DNA from: Bugula neritina
Taxonomy: Eukaryota; Animalia; Bryozoa
DNA: 64,000 nt
Assembly: GCA_964035545.1 (NCBI GenBank)
Contig: OZ037771.1
Span: 879,628-943,627, forward strand
Direction: 5' to 3'
Position numbers and translations under genes: made by a program. Positions 26,795-38,135 of this stretch are shown here, piece by piece; the stretch's first letter is position 1, and each line of letters starts with the position of its first letter. The notes under the pieces were generated by a model. It made no database searches. It saw only the letters and a list, made by a program, of their open reading frames with translations, and had not been told where the DNA came from.

Positions 26795-29700
26795 ATGGCG
26801 ACTACGACTAGCAGAGCCTCATATTGTGAAACTGATAAAGACCGCACTGTCTTGCTGCCGGACTCACCAAAGGTGTGTTGTCTGGCATTGAATATATTGT
26901 ATAGTATGAAAAGCCATTCTGTCACTTTCTAGACTAAAATATCAAAATAAATGATAATTGAGCAGAAAATGTATAATTTAGTAGCACTTACGAAACACCT
27001 GTTAATATAAGTTAGTCTGTTGGAAGACATTATTTTGAGAATAAAGTATAATTGCTGCTGCCAAGAACTCTGTTACTTGGTGAACACATCAGCATTGTCT
27101 ATAGAGTAAAAGGGTCTCAGTCATACTTGTAATATTATTCAGGGTCTAACTATGGATGAAGTTCGATTACTAATATAGTATCCTGTTCAAATTAGCTTAA
27201 CCCTTTGATGTAGTAAATACTATACTGAAGAAACTTTTAAAATTTTACAGCACTGCAGACTGAAATGGCTCACAGTGCTAGTGTGTTGGAGTATGGCAAT
27301 TGGCCATCGTCAGATCTTTGAAGCTAGAAAATGTGGTAAAGTTCGTGTTAAACCTGTGATCCACCAAGTTACACACAAAAACCGAACCATCAGACGTAGG
27401 TTGCTGAGAAAATCTCAAGTAAATTCATATTTGCTGATGAGGAAGGAGATTTACGGGTGTACAAACTCCCCCAAGTGTACCAACCATTGTACAGACCACG
27501 GAAACGAGAATGGAGGCCGAGTCCACCGTCGGAGGCGAGATGCCGACAGCCAAAGTGATGGCAAATGCAACAGACATGGGGGGAAAAAAAAGAGAGGAAA
27601 AAAATTTAAAATCAAAAAGCAGCATAAAAATAAAGCAAAATCTAGGCCAAAAAATTCTCAGAAGAAAGATTCTGGCTTTGCGGGATTCTACTACGAGTAT
27701 ATTCTTATGAAGCTTTTTGAACAACCAAAATCGAATCTCAACATGAAAAAGCGACATGCTTGGTATAAAGCTTCCAATTCTCCAAAATGCACAAATCATT
27801 ACACTTATTTGGGCAATGAATGCGGGAAGAAACTCACAAAGAAGCAGCGCAAGGCTGCTTACCAAGCTGGTGCTACTTACAACAGACAGAATGCCACCAC
27901 CACGCAGAAGAAAAATACTTTAAAGGTTAGCCACTGTAACTCAGCTTTTTCATCGCCTTATGATGCCAAGGAAACAGTCTCTAAAGAAGTCACCGATTTT
28001 GCTGACCGACCAAACAATGCTCAAGTTGATGTGAATTCGCTTCAGCCACATTTGGCAGCTGAAGAGTTGCTCTCAGAGACGAGACAACTCCAGGAGGTGG
28101 CCGATACGTGTGACAAGCAGAAGACAGGTGGAGATGACTCAGGAAATGCTGATTGGCTGGAAGAAGTGAGACCTTTGCTCACGGAGGGATCAGCTCTAGG
28201 CTGTAGTATATCCAAAGCAGCAGCTGCCTTTCCTATAACTGTCAACACCGTCAGCCGAGTAGATAACGGAGAGAAATCTGATGCCGTAACTCAACGTCTC
28301 AAGACTTATGCCCATTTCAAGAGTAATGTGATGCCAAGGCTGACCCTTGCTGAAGCTGGTTTCGTGAGTCTAGAAGCTGATGACCAGGTTGAGTGTGTTG
28401 AGTGTAAACTGAAGCTCTGGAATTTCGTGGAGAGAGTTGATGCAATGGCCATACACGAGGCTCATGCCCTACCAGTGTGCCCACTTCTCCAGGACATCCG
28501 AATGAACTTGCAAGCAGCCTTGCCCCAGGACATGCTATTGCAAACTTTGCAATCACAAACAGGTATGCTTTCAACTGCAGACCTATTGTATACTGCCTTA
28601 GAATGTATATCTGTTTACCATGTAACATTTATATTCTATTTCTTAGTTTCAAGTTTTCTTTAGGTAAATACATTGACAGCCATTTTCTTTCTCACTGTTT
28701 TATCATATAGTTTGAACTTTAGAGACTTCAGTTGTACACAAGTTATTTTGTGTAGATTGTCGCTGTGTCTAGTTATTTTTTTGTATTTTAATTTTGTGGT
28801 TAATTCATTTGTTGAAGTCCTCTTGGTATCATATTGATAAAACTACATGTATAGACAATAATGGCTCTAAAGATAAGACAACTCTAACAGCAATATATAA
28901 TGTGTTTACTATTTCACCCACAGACTCCGCTCTACCATCTGTTTTTACAACTACTGATACCAACGCAGACAACGGCCAATCTGGCTTACAACACCTCCAG
29001 GGGTTGACAACTCAAGAGCTGTACCAGAAGTTTATGAAGGAAAAGTAAGTGTGATATAAATATAAATTTTGATTCCTGTTTGTCAACCTGTACTTTTGTC
29101 ATTTTGTTCTAACACATTATTTGAATGACCAATGCAGCGTGTTGGATATACAAGCAGAGCTATGTACGTGCATAGATTGCTAGTATAGCAAGAGTGATTC
29201 ATCTCATCTCATATTTCTCCCGAGTAGCCTCAAGAGAGAAACAGAAAGCCTGGCAGCTAATCTGACAACCATAAGTTCAAAGGACATGAAATGGGAAGTT
29301 GTAAGACAAAAGACATTTTCAAGCACAGGAGTTGTTCCCATGGCAACTGGAAAACAACTAGCAGCAGCCGGAATGATGGTGGAGAGGCATTCATCAGGTG
29401 ACAATAAATACTTCATTCAGTTTATGATATGATTATTTCAACTTGAAACTTGATTCATTCAAGTCTTTCAATTGTATGAAAACAGTCGAGAATTTCCAAC
29501 TTCATTACTTTATTGTGGTTTGGTGGGTTCACCTTGCGACTGTGTTACATTCTACTACTCTTGATCAACATTTTTCTAGTGTAATTTTCATTAAAATATG
29601 TTTTTTTTTAAATTTTTACTCAATGCAAAAATATTGTTTTTTTTACTTTTTATTGCAAGTTAAAGCAATGTTTTATTTCTACTCAATGCTAGAATGAGTT

Positions 29701-32246
29701 TTCACTATGAGCTCTTCTCTCATAGACTATATACATCAGGAGGAAATAGTGTGTAACTTATGGAAATGTTGTAGAGTTCATTATCAAATGTGTCTTCTGT
29801 AACTTCACCTACTCAACTCACCAACCTCAAAGACTCACTGCATCAGAAGTTGTAACAAAACACCGGGAGACCCACTTCTCCTGTTACCTGAGAGGTAAGG
29901 TATACGTCAGGTAGACAGCAATGTGGAGATAATTCCTCTTCAAATACACCCTGCATATGTTGGAGGTCATTTCGCTGCTTTACTTCAATGTCTGTTGTAC
30001 ACAACTCATATAGATGGTAATATACCACACGTGTTGGAGGATCACTGCTGGGGAATTCCCGAGTCTGATGACAGCAGTTCAGCAGCAAGCTTACTGATGC
30101 TTGGCGTCAGCACGGGTCTTTCTAAGCACCCCGAGCTGGCAGTGGAGAGTCGGAGACAGGCTACTTTCCTCACCTACCCCTACAACGCTGCCAAAATGGC
30201 TACCGACCTCGTTGCTGATGGGTACTTTTATGAAGGTAAGAATGATTTCGTCTGTTTGAATTGTTTACAGTCCAATATAAGTGTGGTTACTGTATTGCGT
30301 TAGTCAGCGCTGCCGCAAGTTGCTGGTAGGTACAATTGTTCTATCTTGCTATGGAAATAACTTCATTTGTTGTATTTACAAGTATATGCATTCCTTCACC
30401 TCTCTTTAGCACATTTGACTGTGCATTGAGCTCGGCCTATATAATAGTATTTAGCTTTTATCGTGAGCAGACAACTTACCAAATACCTTACAGAAGTAAC
30501 ATTTAGGCTCTAGCTTCTACTTACTCATTCAGGGAAAGGCGACTCTGTTACTTGTTTCTCATGTGGAGTTGTTTCCTCTGACTGGAGAAGAAATGAAACA
30601 GTTTTCCAAAGACACGCGAGAAGTTCATCAAATTGCCAGTTTCTTATTGGGAAGATGGGAGCTGAGGCTATACACGCAGTAGTTCAAGATCTCGGGGTTT
30701 ATGAGCCACCCGCACCACAAGATAGAATAAATGTGTGTACCTCTATGCTATACTCTAATGTTTGCTGTATGTTACATGCTAACTGGGTGCTCTACCACTG
30801 TGTGTGTTTCTGTTGTACCTTTAGACTGTGACTACGAGAATGCTGAGACCCAGGTGGGACTCTACTCCTGTACAAACAGCTCTTTCTATGGGAACTGGCA
30901 GAGAGGACGTGAGGCTAGTAGTTGGAAATCGTATCAAGGTATGTATATACTCAGCTGAGGTGAAGGGATCTCTATTCATTTTGCTCCATTATATTAATAT
31001 TATATTCCTGTTATAAGGGTATGTTGATGGTGTGTGACAAGATGGCGCTGACTTGTAATGTATTACATGTTGATTTAGTTGGTACAACTACTATGGAAAT
31101 AGATTATAATAGCACTGTGGAATCTAGCAACTAACTGACTGTTTACCAATAACTACACAAGTGTATATATATATATATAGATGCTGACTATGACTAGGCT
31201 ACAATAAGAAGGAAATACATGATTTACATAGATCTACTAACTATAGCTATTAGGTATAGCAAGACATGAACTCTAGTTGACATTATAACAACCTCACAGC
31301 TAACTAGACAACTGGAGTAGAAAAGTGACCATCAGCCTTAGTCAGGGGTCAACATTGTTATACGTATTACATAGAGAGGAGAAGAGGATTTTGTGTCTGT
31401 GGCTGAAATTGTTAAAGCTGTGTTCGACCACAAGGCAGCCACTTCCTCTTCTGCTGTGCTTCCTGCCCCTCCCACTCTCCCGGAATACACTTTCCCCGAG
31501 CAGGAAACAGCTCGGCAATCCGAAGAGCAGAATGACACCTCTCTGGCTGACACCCCTCATGCTGACACCCCTGTCGCTGATTCCCCACAGGCTGATGCCA
31601 TGGAGGTCACCCAACACTCGACAACATCTGGTAAGCATTTGTCCTCAACTCTAGATCTTATCTGTGTTGCCTTTCTCTTTCTCGTGTTCCATGTCATAAT
31701 GCTCTGTGCTTTCGCTTTCAGCTTCTGAGATTCCAACTTCTGATGACGAAATTCGGGCTCTCAGTCAGCAATTTCGGCAGCGGTTACTCTGCAAAATCTG
31801 TCTGTCGGAAGCTGCCAGCATAATATACCTCCCTTGTGCTCACTTGAGTAAGTCTCCTCTTATACAGTATTCTCTTATACAGTATCCTCTTATACAGTAT
31901 CCTCTAATACAGTATCCTCTTATACAGTATCCTCTTATACAGTATCCTCTTATACAGTACCCTCTTATACAGTATCCTCTTATACAGTATCCTCTTATAC
32001 AGTATCCTCTTATACAGTATCCTCTTATACAGTATCCTCTAATACAGTATCCTCTTATACAGTATCCTCTTATACAGTATCCTCTTATACAGTACCCTCT
32101 TATACTATACGGTACCCTCATACCCTCCACATACATGTATTGTAGCGAGCTGTTCCGAGTGTTCTGCAGCCATGACAGCCTGTCCTGTCTGCAGACAGGA
32201 TATCAAAGGAACTATAACAGTCAACTACTCGGCCATATCTGTGTGA
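26795..32246 (+). CDS. IAP-3: long basic N-terminal extension + 3 BIR + UBA-like + RING (11 coding exons)
   Basis: Exons 26795-26872, 27251-28562, 28924-29044, 29228-29397, 29775-29894, 30014-30235, 30533-30732, 30825-30938, 31375-31630, 31722-31847, 32146-32246 are in frame. BIR1 RLKTY..AEAGF..CVEC..H..C; BIR2 RQKTF..AAAG..CVFC..H..C; BIR3 RQATF..GYFYEG..CFSC..H..C; RING CKIC..PCAHLTSCSEC..CPVCRQDIKGTITVNYS. Confidence 0.85.
31855..32105. repeat. 15-bp minisatellite in the IAP-3 RING intron
   Basis: CCTCTTATACAGTAT units start 7 nt after the GTAAGT donor at 31848. Confidence 0.9.
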
Positions 32247-32933
32247 GTAGCCAATCACATTGCAGTATGTCTTTCAACTTAAAGTTACATAGAAAGTACT
32301 TTGAAAAATAATTAAAATTGTATAAATAAACAAAATATTTCTTTTCAGATTGGTGATCTTTTGAGGACTTTAACCCGGAATTAAAAAGATTATTAAATTT
32401 TGTCAAGTCTATAAATATCGCCTGATAAAGCAAATTTATAACTGATGTAAATAATGCAACTTTTCATTCATTTTTTATAGAAATCTTTCAATCACTTGTA
32501 GACAGCATGTCTTTTTGCCGTTCAATTTTGTGTAGGGGGAATAACTCCATTGTGTAGGGGGAATAACTCCATTGTGTAGGGGATTCCTAATAATAAAAAA
32601 CTGTTTTAGCATAAAGACAGAGGCGCCACATTCAGTCAACACCCCCTCATCAACACCAGCTGGCTCCACCCCTTCTTTACCACCTGCCGGCTCCACTCCC
32701 TCATTAACACCAGCTGGCTTCACCCCTTCTCTGCCAGGCATAGTTGAGGAACCTGTCCTACCAGAGAGACAAAGAAACAAGGCTATTAAATTCAATTCAA
32801 GATTACTACTTAATTTCTAAAGCTCAAAATATTTTTATATCATATTTATTAAAATTTGAAACAGCCTCTAGCTAATTTTATTTTTTACAGCTCTCTTAAA
32901 CCTAAGAGTATTAACTAAATTTTTTATCATACC

Positions 32934-33336
32934 TGTCACAAAGTGTGTATACAGTGTGACGGTTCAATTAGAGATATCTGGTGTCTCTACCAGAATTAGA
33001 GATGAGATGTCCTGACGTAATATAATGGTCTTTGTTGAGCTGTGTGGTATAGTAGAACTTTATTGTTGAACTTCTGAAAATGAACTTGACTTTTACAAGT
33101 AAAGCATCTGCTTTTATACTACATTGATATGTCTAATACTACCACATTCAACACTGTGCATGACTCATGTAGAATAGACACTATTTATTAGCAAATAAAG
33201 AGTAACTAAAAATGTAAACAATTATTGCCTAATAATACTTGCATAGACTTGCGTGCCATACTAATTATAAGTGTAAGCTAAGTAAGAAAAGAAAGTGGTA
33301 TATATTATAACAGTTTATAAAGTAGAATTTGTGACA
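32934..33336 (-). mobile_element. 3' LTR (403 bp) of a decayed Ty3/Gypsy element
   Basis: 9-bp inverted termini TGTCACAAA...TTTGTGACA. On the minus strand it is preceded by a G14 polypurine tract (33337-33350) and contains TATAAAA (~33118) upstream of AATAAA (~33064). Confidence 0.75.
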
Positions 33337-33394
33337 CCCCCCCCCCCCCCATTTGAGAGGAAATTATGGAAGATTCTGCTTCCACTGTGATTAG

Positions 33395-33560
33395 TCAGCT
33401 CCAATGTCATTTACACAGTCATCCATCACTATTGCCATCACTTCACCTTGATAATATGGTGTGTTTATGTTAATCTTCGCCATCAGCAGCTTCTTTGTAG
33501 TGTTGTCCACTAATTTCAGATATCTATGTTCTCTGACATATTGTTGAGGGCTACAATACA
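33395..33560 (-). pseudogene. Relic of a Gypsy-type aspartic protease C-terminal half
   Basis: QQYVREHRYLKLVDNTTKKLLMAKININTPYYQGEVMAIVMDDCVNDI resembles the LVDG...A.I.IDTPYY.G.V.A..M....YD segment recalled for some invertebrate Gypsy proteases. It abuts the PPT/LTR in the same orientation. Confidence 0.55.
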
Positions 33561-34150
33561 TAATAAATTGTAACTTAGCTTCATGGTGAGTATAGAATAT
33601 TGACAGATAAAATTGAAAATGGCACTGCATGACAAGATGGTGGAATTAGAACCCACACCTATAGACACTTCAGTTTGTCTACAGAATAAATTAAATATAG
33701 AGAAATTCCTTCCACAGCAATGTGCAGTCATCAAACTTTTATTTTTTTTATCCTCACGGAGTAGTAGACTCAGTGCTAGGCTATACCTGGTTAAGATAAG
33801 CTAAAACTTAAAGTAGACCTGCTTCCTATATATACATATATGACTGTTGAAATTCTAACTTTTGTTGCCCTTAGTCTGATAATCATATCAGCAGATATAT
33901 TGTATGTACCCGTTAACCATGTGCATATGGTGAAGTGAAAAAGCTATGTAGCATTAGTGGCTGTATTTGCTATACAAGTTAAAAGCTTAGAGGCCACTCC
34001 AAAACATCTCCTTACCTCTAAAGTACTGAAATTAGAATCCTGAGACGTTTTCTATGGCCGTTGCCGCTAGAAGAAGAAAAGTAACTCCTTCATATTACCT
34101 CTGTCGCTTGATCAGCTTTCTACCCGAGACTGCTGAGTGTTTGTTGTAGC

Positions 34151-35911
34151 CAGGGATGTAGTGGTACCCATACGGTCCCATACGCCGTATGGCCTAGAAG
34201 AAAATAGGCTGTTCTTGGCCATACGCCCGTATGGGCATATTTTTGAAATATGATTAGTGCATAGGATAGTTAGGGCATCCTCACTGAGAATATTATCATA
34301 AATTTCGCTCACAATCTAGTTTAGGCTCTTGTTATGTTAATGCTATGTGGGTGGCATGCGTGTTGCCTACTTGTGATTGCTTAGCCTGAGATTACACTGT
34401 GAATAATAAGCAGCGATCAACATTCCATCTTCTCATCTCTCCATGTCCATTGAAGCGCGAAGTGCTGTGCATTGGTGATTACTAAGGAAAAATTTTTCAT
34501 TTTCAGTGTATAAATCACTAATTTGTAGAAAATCTATGAAGGCTATTGAAAAGATAAAAAAGTGCTATGCATAAATTTCTCAGGTTTCCGACAGTGTTTG
34601 TTCTATTCGAATACCATGCTTTCCTGCTGAGATATTTGGCAGGGATTGAAAAATAAACTTTTCAAGTAAAATTGGCTAAAAATGAGTAGATTTTTCTCTA
34701 TAACTTTGCAATAAAAAAATTGAAAACTTGAAAATGCAGGTGCTCTGAGGAAGATCTAAAACATAGTTTTTAAATTTTAATTCTAGCACAATTAAGTATA
34801 CGGTTTTATTTGGCAGGACTGAATTCTTATAATATACTAATAATGTGGCCTCAGCAAGGCAGTGACAGCTAGAAAGTTGCCCTTAGCTATCTTGTGTGGA
34901 CTTGCATTTTGTCAATAAGCAATGAAATTTGGAAAAAAACCAACATGAAATCCAGAAATAAAATCAAAATGTCTTCAGGAAACAGTACCAGGTGTGTAGG
35001 AGAGGTTAATGAAAATTTATCACTGAGGTCTACAGGTACTATATCCACATTTTGGTCAAAAACCTAGCAGCGTTATTGCATGTTCATGTTAATGATTTTT
35101 TTTGCAAACTGTACACCGCCATAAATAAACTTTTATGTTTGGTTGTACTAACATCTGGCTTTACATTTAATCATCTTCTAGAATCTAGGCTAACACATAT
35201 TAAACCTGTCAAATTTGTTCTTTTGGGGTATATTTCTTTGATGTGTCTAGTGGAAGCTCAGGGGTTTTACTTTAAAACCAAGTTAACATACTCTTCTTTG
35301 GTGTGTTTTATTGTGTGCAAGGAGGTGTGGTGGTATCTACTTATGGATTAGACTATAAGTGCTCTAATAAACTCCAAATAGGTTTTCTACCAATTTCTGC
35401 TTGCCAATGAGATATCAATTCAAATTGCTTTTTCTGATTTGCAATCTTCCTCTGTTCTGATATATAATTCTTTTTCTGTCCACGTCAGTGTATTAAATAT
35501 TTGAAGTAATCAGGTTGCATTTGGAGAGCACTTGTTACCTGCCTCTATCCTTCCATCTTTTTGAGATCTTCAGCAATATTTCTGTACAGGTTGGACTTAG
35601 TGTCAGTTGAGTAAGACTACATTTAAAATTACAGTCAACAGGTATGGCACAATACTGAATATTTATATAGTTTGCAGCAATGCACAGACGTCGTGTAGCT
35701 GGTATGGCATGAAAATAATAGCAAGGTGCACATTTCAACACAGATTTTTTCAGAAGAATTATAATTCACAATGGCTTTGAATTGCATAAATTTGCATCAG
35801 AAGGGCTTCGGCGGCCGGGGCGCTGCCCCGGACCCCGCCGGGGGCCTAGGCAGCCCCCTGGACCCCCGGCCTGGGAGTATGGCCAAGAATATTTTTGCCA
35901 CTACATCCCTG
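34151..35911. mobile_element. Non-autonomous hAT-superfamily DNA transposon (1761 bp)
   Basis: Perfect 14-bp TIRs CAGGGATGTAGTGG / CCACTACATCCCTG and an 8-bp target-site duplication GTTGTAGC (34143-34150, 35912-35919). Subterminal CCATACG/GTATGG repeats and a GC-rich GGGGCGCTGCCCCGGACCCC block are present; there is no intact transposase ORF. Confidence 0.9.
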
Positions 35912-36259
35912 GTTGTAGCCCATCAGCTATCACTATAATATAGTAATATTAAAGAATCATATTACTTAATTTCTAAGTTGCTCAGCTATTGTTGAGCGAC
36001 ATAGTAAATGGCTGAGCCACGGCTTTGCTGCTCATCTTGTGAAACACTTTATTTTAAGGAATGTAGAGCAACATGGAGGTCAAAGAAGAGGCAAGTCCTT
36101 CCTAATGTTTACTAACTGTATTTTAACAGCAGCTACAGGATTACAGAAACTATTAATCCCAGTTTCAACACAGAAGGCTTAATAATAGGCATGAGTTTAA
36201 ATTATTCCATTAAACTAAAACATCCTAGCTCTACAAGAATGGCTCTTAGAATAGTTTCA

Positions 36260-36680
36260 CCTGTATGTGCATGTCACTTGCATGTACATGTCACCTGCAT
36301 GTACATGTCACTTGTATGTACATGTCACTTGTATGTACATGTCACTTGTATGTACATTCCACTTGTGTGTGTATGTCACCTGTATGTACATGTCACTTGT
36401 ATGTACATGTCACTTGTATGTGCATGTCACTTGTATGTACATTCCACTTGTGTGTGTATGTCACCTGTATGTACATGCCACTTGTATATGCATGTCACTT
36501 GCATGTACATGTCACTTGTATATGCATGTCACTTGTATGTACATGTCACTTGTATGTACATGTCACTTGTATGTACATGTCACTTGTATGTACATGTCAC
36601 TTGTATGTACATGTTACTTGTATGTATATGTCACCTGTATGTACATGCCACTTGTATGTACATGTACATGTACATGTCAT
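36260..36680. repeat. ~17-bp minisatellite built from TGTACA/ACATGT palindromes
   Basis: TGTATGTACATGTCACT units. Confidence 0.9.
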
Positions 36681-37230
36681 TTGGTGACAGATGCTAATAC
36701 AAAACTACAAAATAAAGTTTTATACCTTATTGTTTATATTTGCTACAGCTGGTTCTCATAGTTATATTTGATCAGCAGTATATATATATAGCAGATCTGA
36801 TCTAAAACATTACCATTGTCTTTACTCTTTTCAGTTTCAATTTTGTTTATGTGTTGCCTAGCAACTAAACAGACTTGACTCAAGATGTTCACTATATTAT
36901 AATGTTTATTGAACAACTATTAGATTAATAAATTTTTAGATATTCCTGTGTCTAAAAGTTATTGAATAATAGTCTGTTTATGAGTCAGCACAGAAGAAAG
37001 CTTTGATGATGTGTTAATGGTCAACTTATAAAAGTATAACTTGTAACATTTAACAGCTGGGTTTTCATTGCTTAGCAGAATAGATGCTCGTATAGATGAA
37101 TTTGTGGTTGAGTTTTGCTTAAACTTATGGGTGTGGTTTCACTCTATGCAAGTGTATAAGAATCTTTAAATATTATATAACACAGAAAGTTCCTCCTATA
37201 GTTTGACTGTTAGCTGATGAAGAACAGTAA

Positions 37231-37417
37231 GCCTAGGGATGTAGCACTAAAATAAAGAAATTGGGCTCGCTGAATAACTACCAGCCAATTAGGTGACGAA
37301 GACAGAGACGATTCGCAATTGCGTTGAAAATGCAGAGCGACAAGTGCACAGTGAACACCTTTGCTACTTGTGATTTCAATTTTCGCATGCGAAAATACGC
37401 GCCGTGTGGCCCTAGGC
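37231..37417. mobile_element. Possible small PIF/Harbinger (Tourist-like) MITE
   Basis: 8-bp inverted ends GCCTAGGG/CCCTAGGC flanked on both sides by TAA; the match is short. Confidence 0.35.
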
Positions 37418-37442
37418 TAATTATAAATCAATACAGCTCATT

Positions 37443-37452
37443 GGGAATCCCC
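37443..37452 (+). promoter_or_regulatory. NF-kappaB consensus site upstream of IAP-4
   Basis: GGGAATCCCC is a perfect GGGRNWYYCC match ~140 bp upstream of a probable non-coding exon donor (AAAG|GTGAGT ~37595). AP-1 motifs TGACTCA (~37563) and TGAGTCA (~37596) lie nearby. Confidence 0.45.
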
Positions 37453-37799
37453 GTGCCTAATAGGTGTTGTGAAAACCAATAATTTAGGCAGTTTTTATTT
37501 ACCTCAGTTACTTATATGCTCAAATAAACTAGCATATAGTCAAACTACTAGTATTCATTTAGTGACTCACTGATCACAGTTCAACTCATCAAAGGTGAGT
37601 CAGACTGACTGGTATACAATTATTAGGTATGTGAAACAGTTTATTTGGCAATGTTTTATAATAACTTTATTTTTGTGTTTGATTAAACTTTATAAGTTTT
37701 AGTTTTTAAAAGTGCAAATGTATGTTGATCCTTTGTAGAACTGATAAAATTTCATATAGATTGCATATTCTGAAAGCTACATGTGCAAGTAATTGGCAA

Positions 37800-38020
37800 T
37801 CTAACTCTAGTATAGTATAGTAATAGTATATAACTCTAGTATAGTATAGTAATAGTATATAACTCTAGTATAGTATAGTAATAGTATATAACTCTAGTAT
37901 AGTATAGTAATAGTATATAACTCTGGTATAGTGTAGTAATAGTATATAACTCTAGTATAGTATAGTAATAGTATATAACTCTAGTATAGTGTAGTAATAG
38001 TATATAACTCTAGCATAGTA
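37800..38020. repeat. 30-bp minisatellite
   Basis: TAACTCTAGTATAGTATAGTAATAGTATA(T) units. Confidence 0.85.
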
Positions 38021-38135
38021 AATACTTCAATAGTATCACTGAGTAGCATGTTTGAACTGGTAGTTCAGTCTAACTCTAGTAGTAGCTACTATAATAGTAT
38101 CACTGTGTTTTTACAGATTGCACCCAACTAATACA

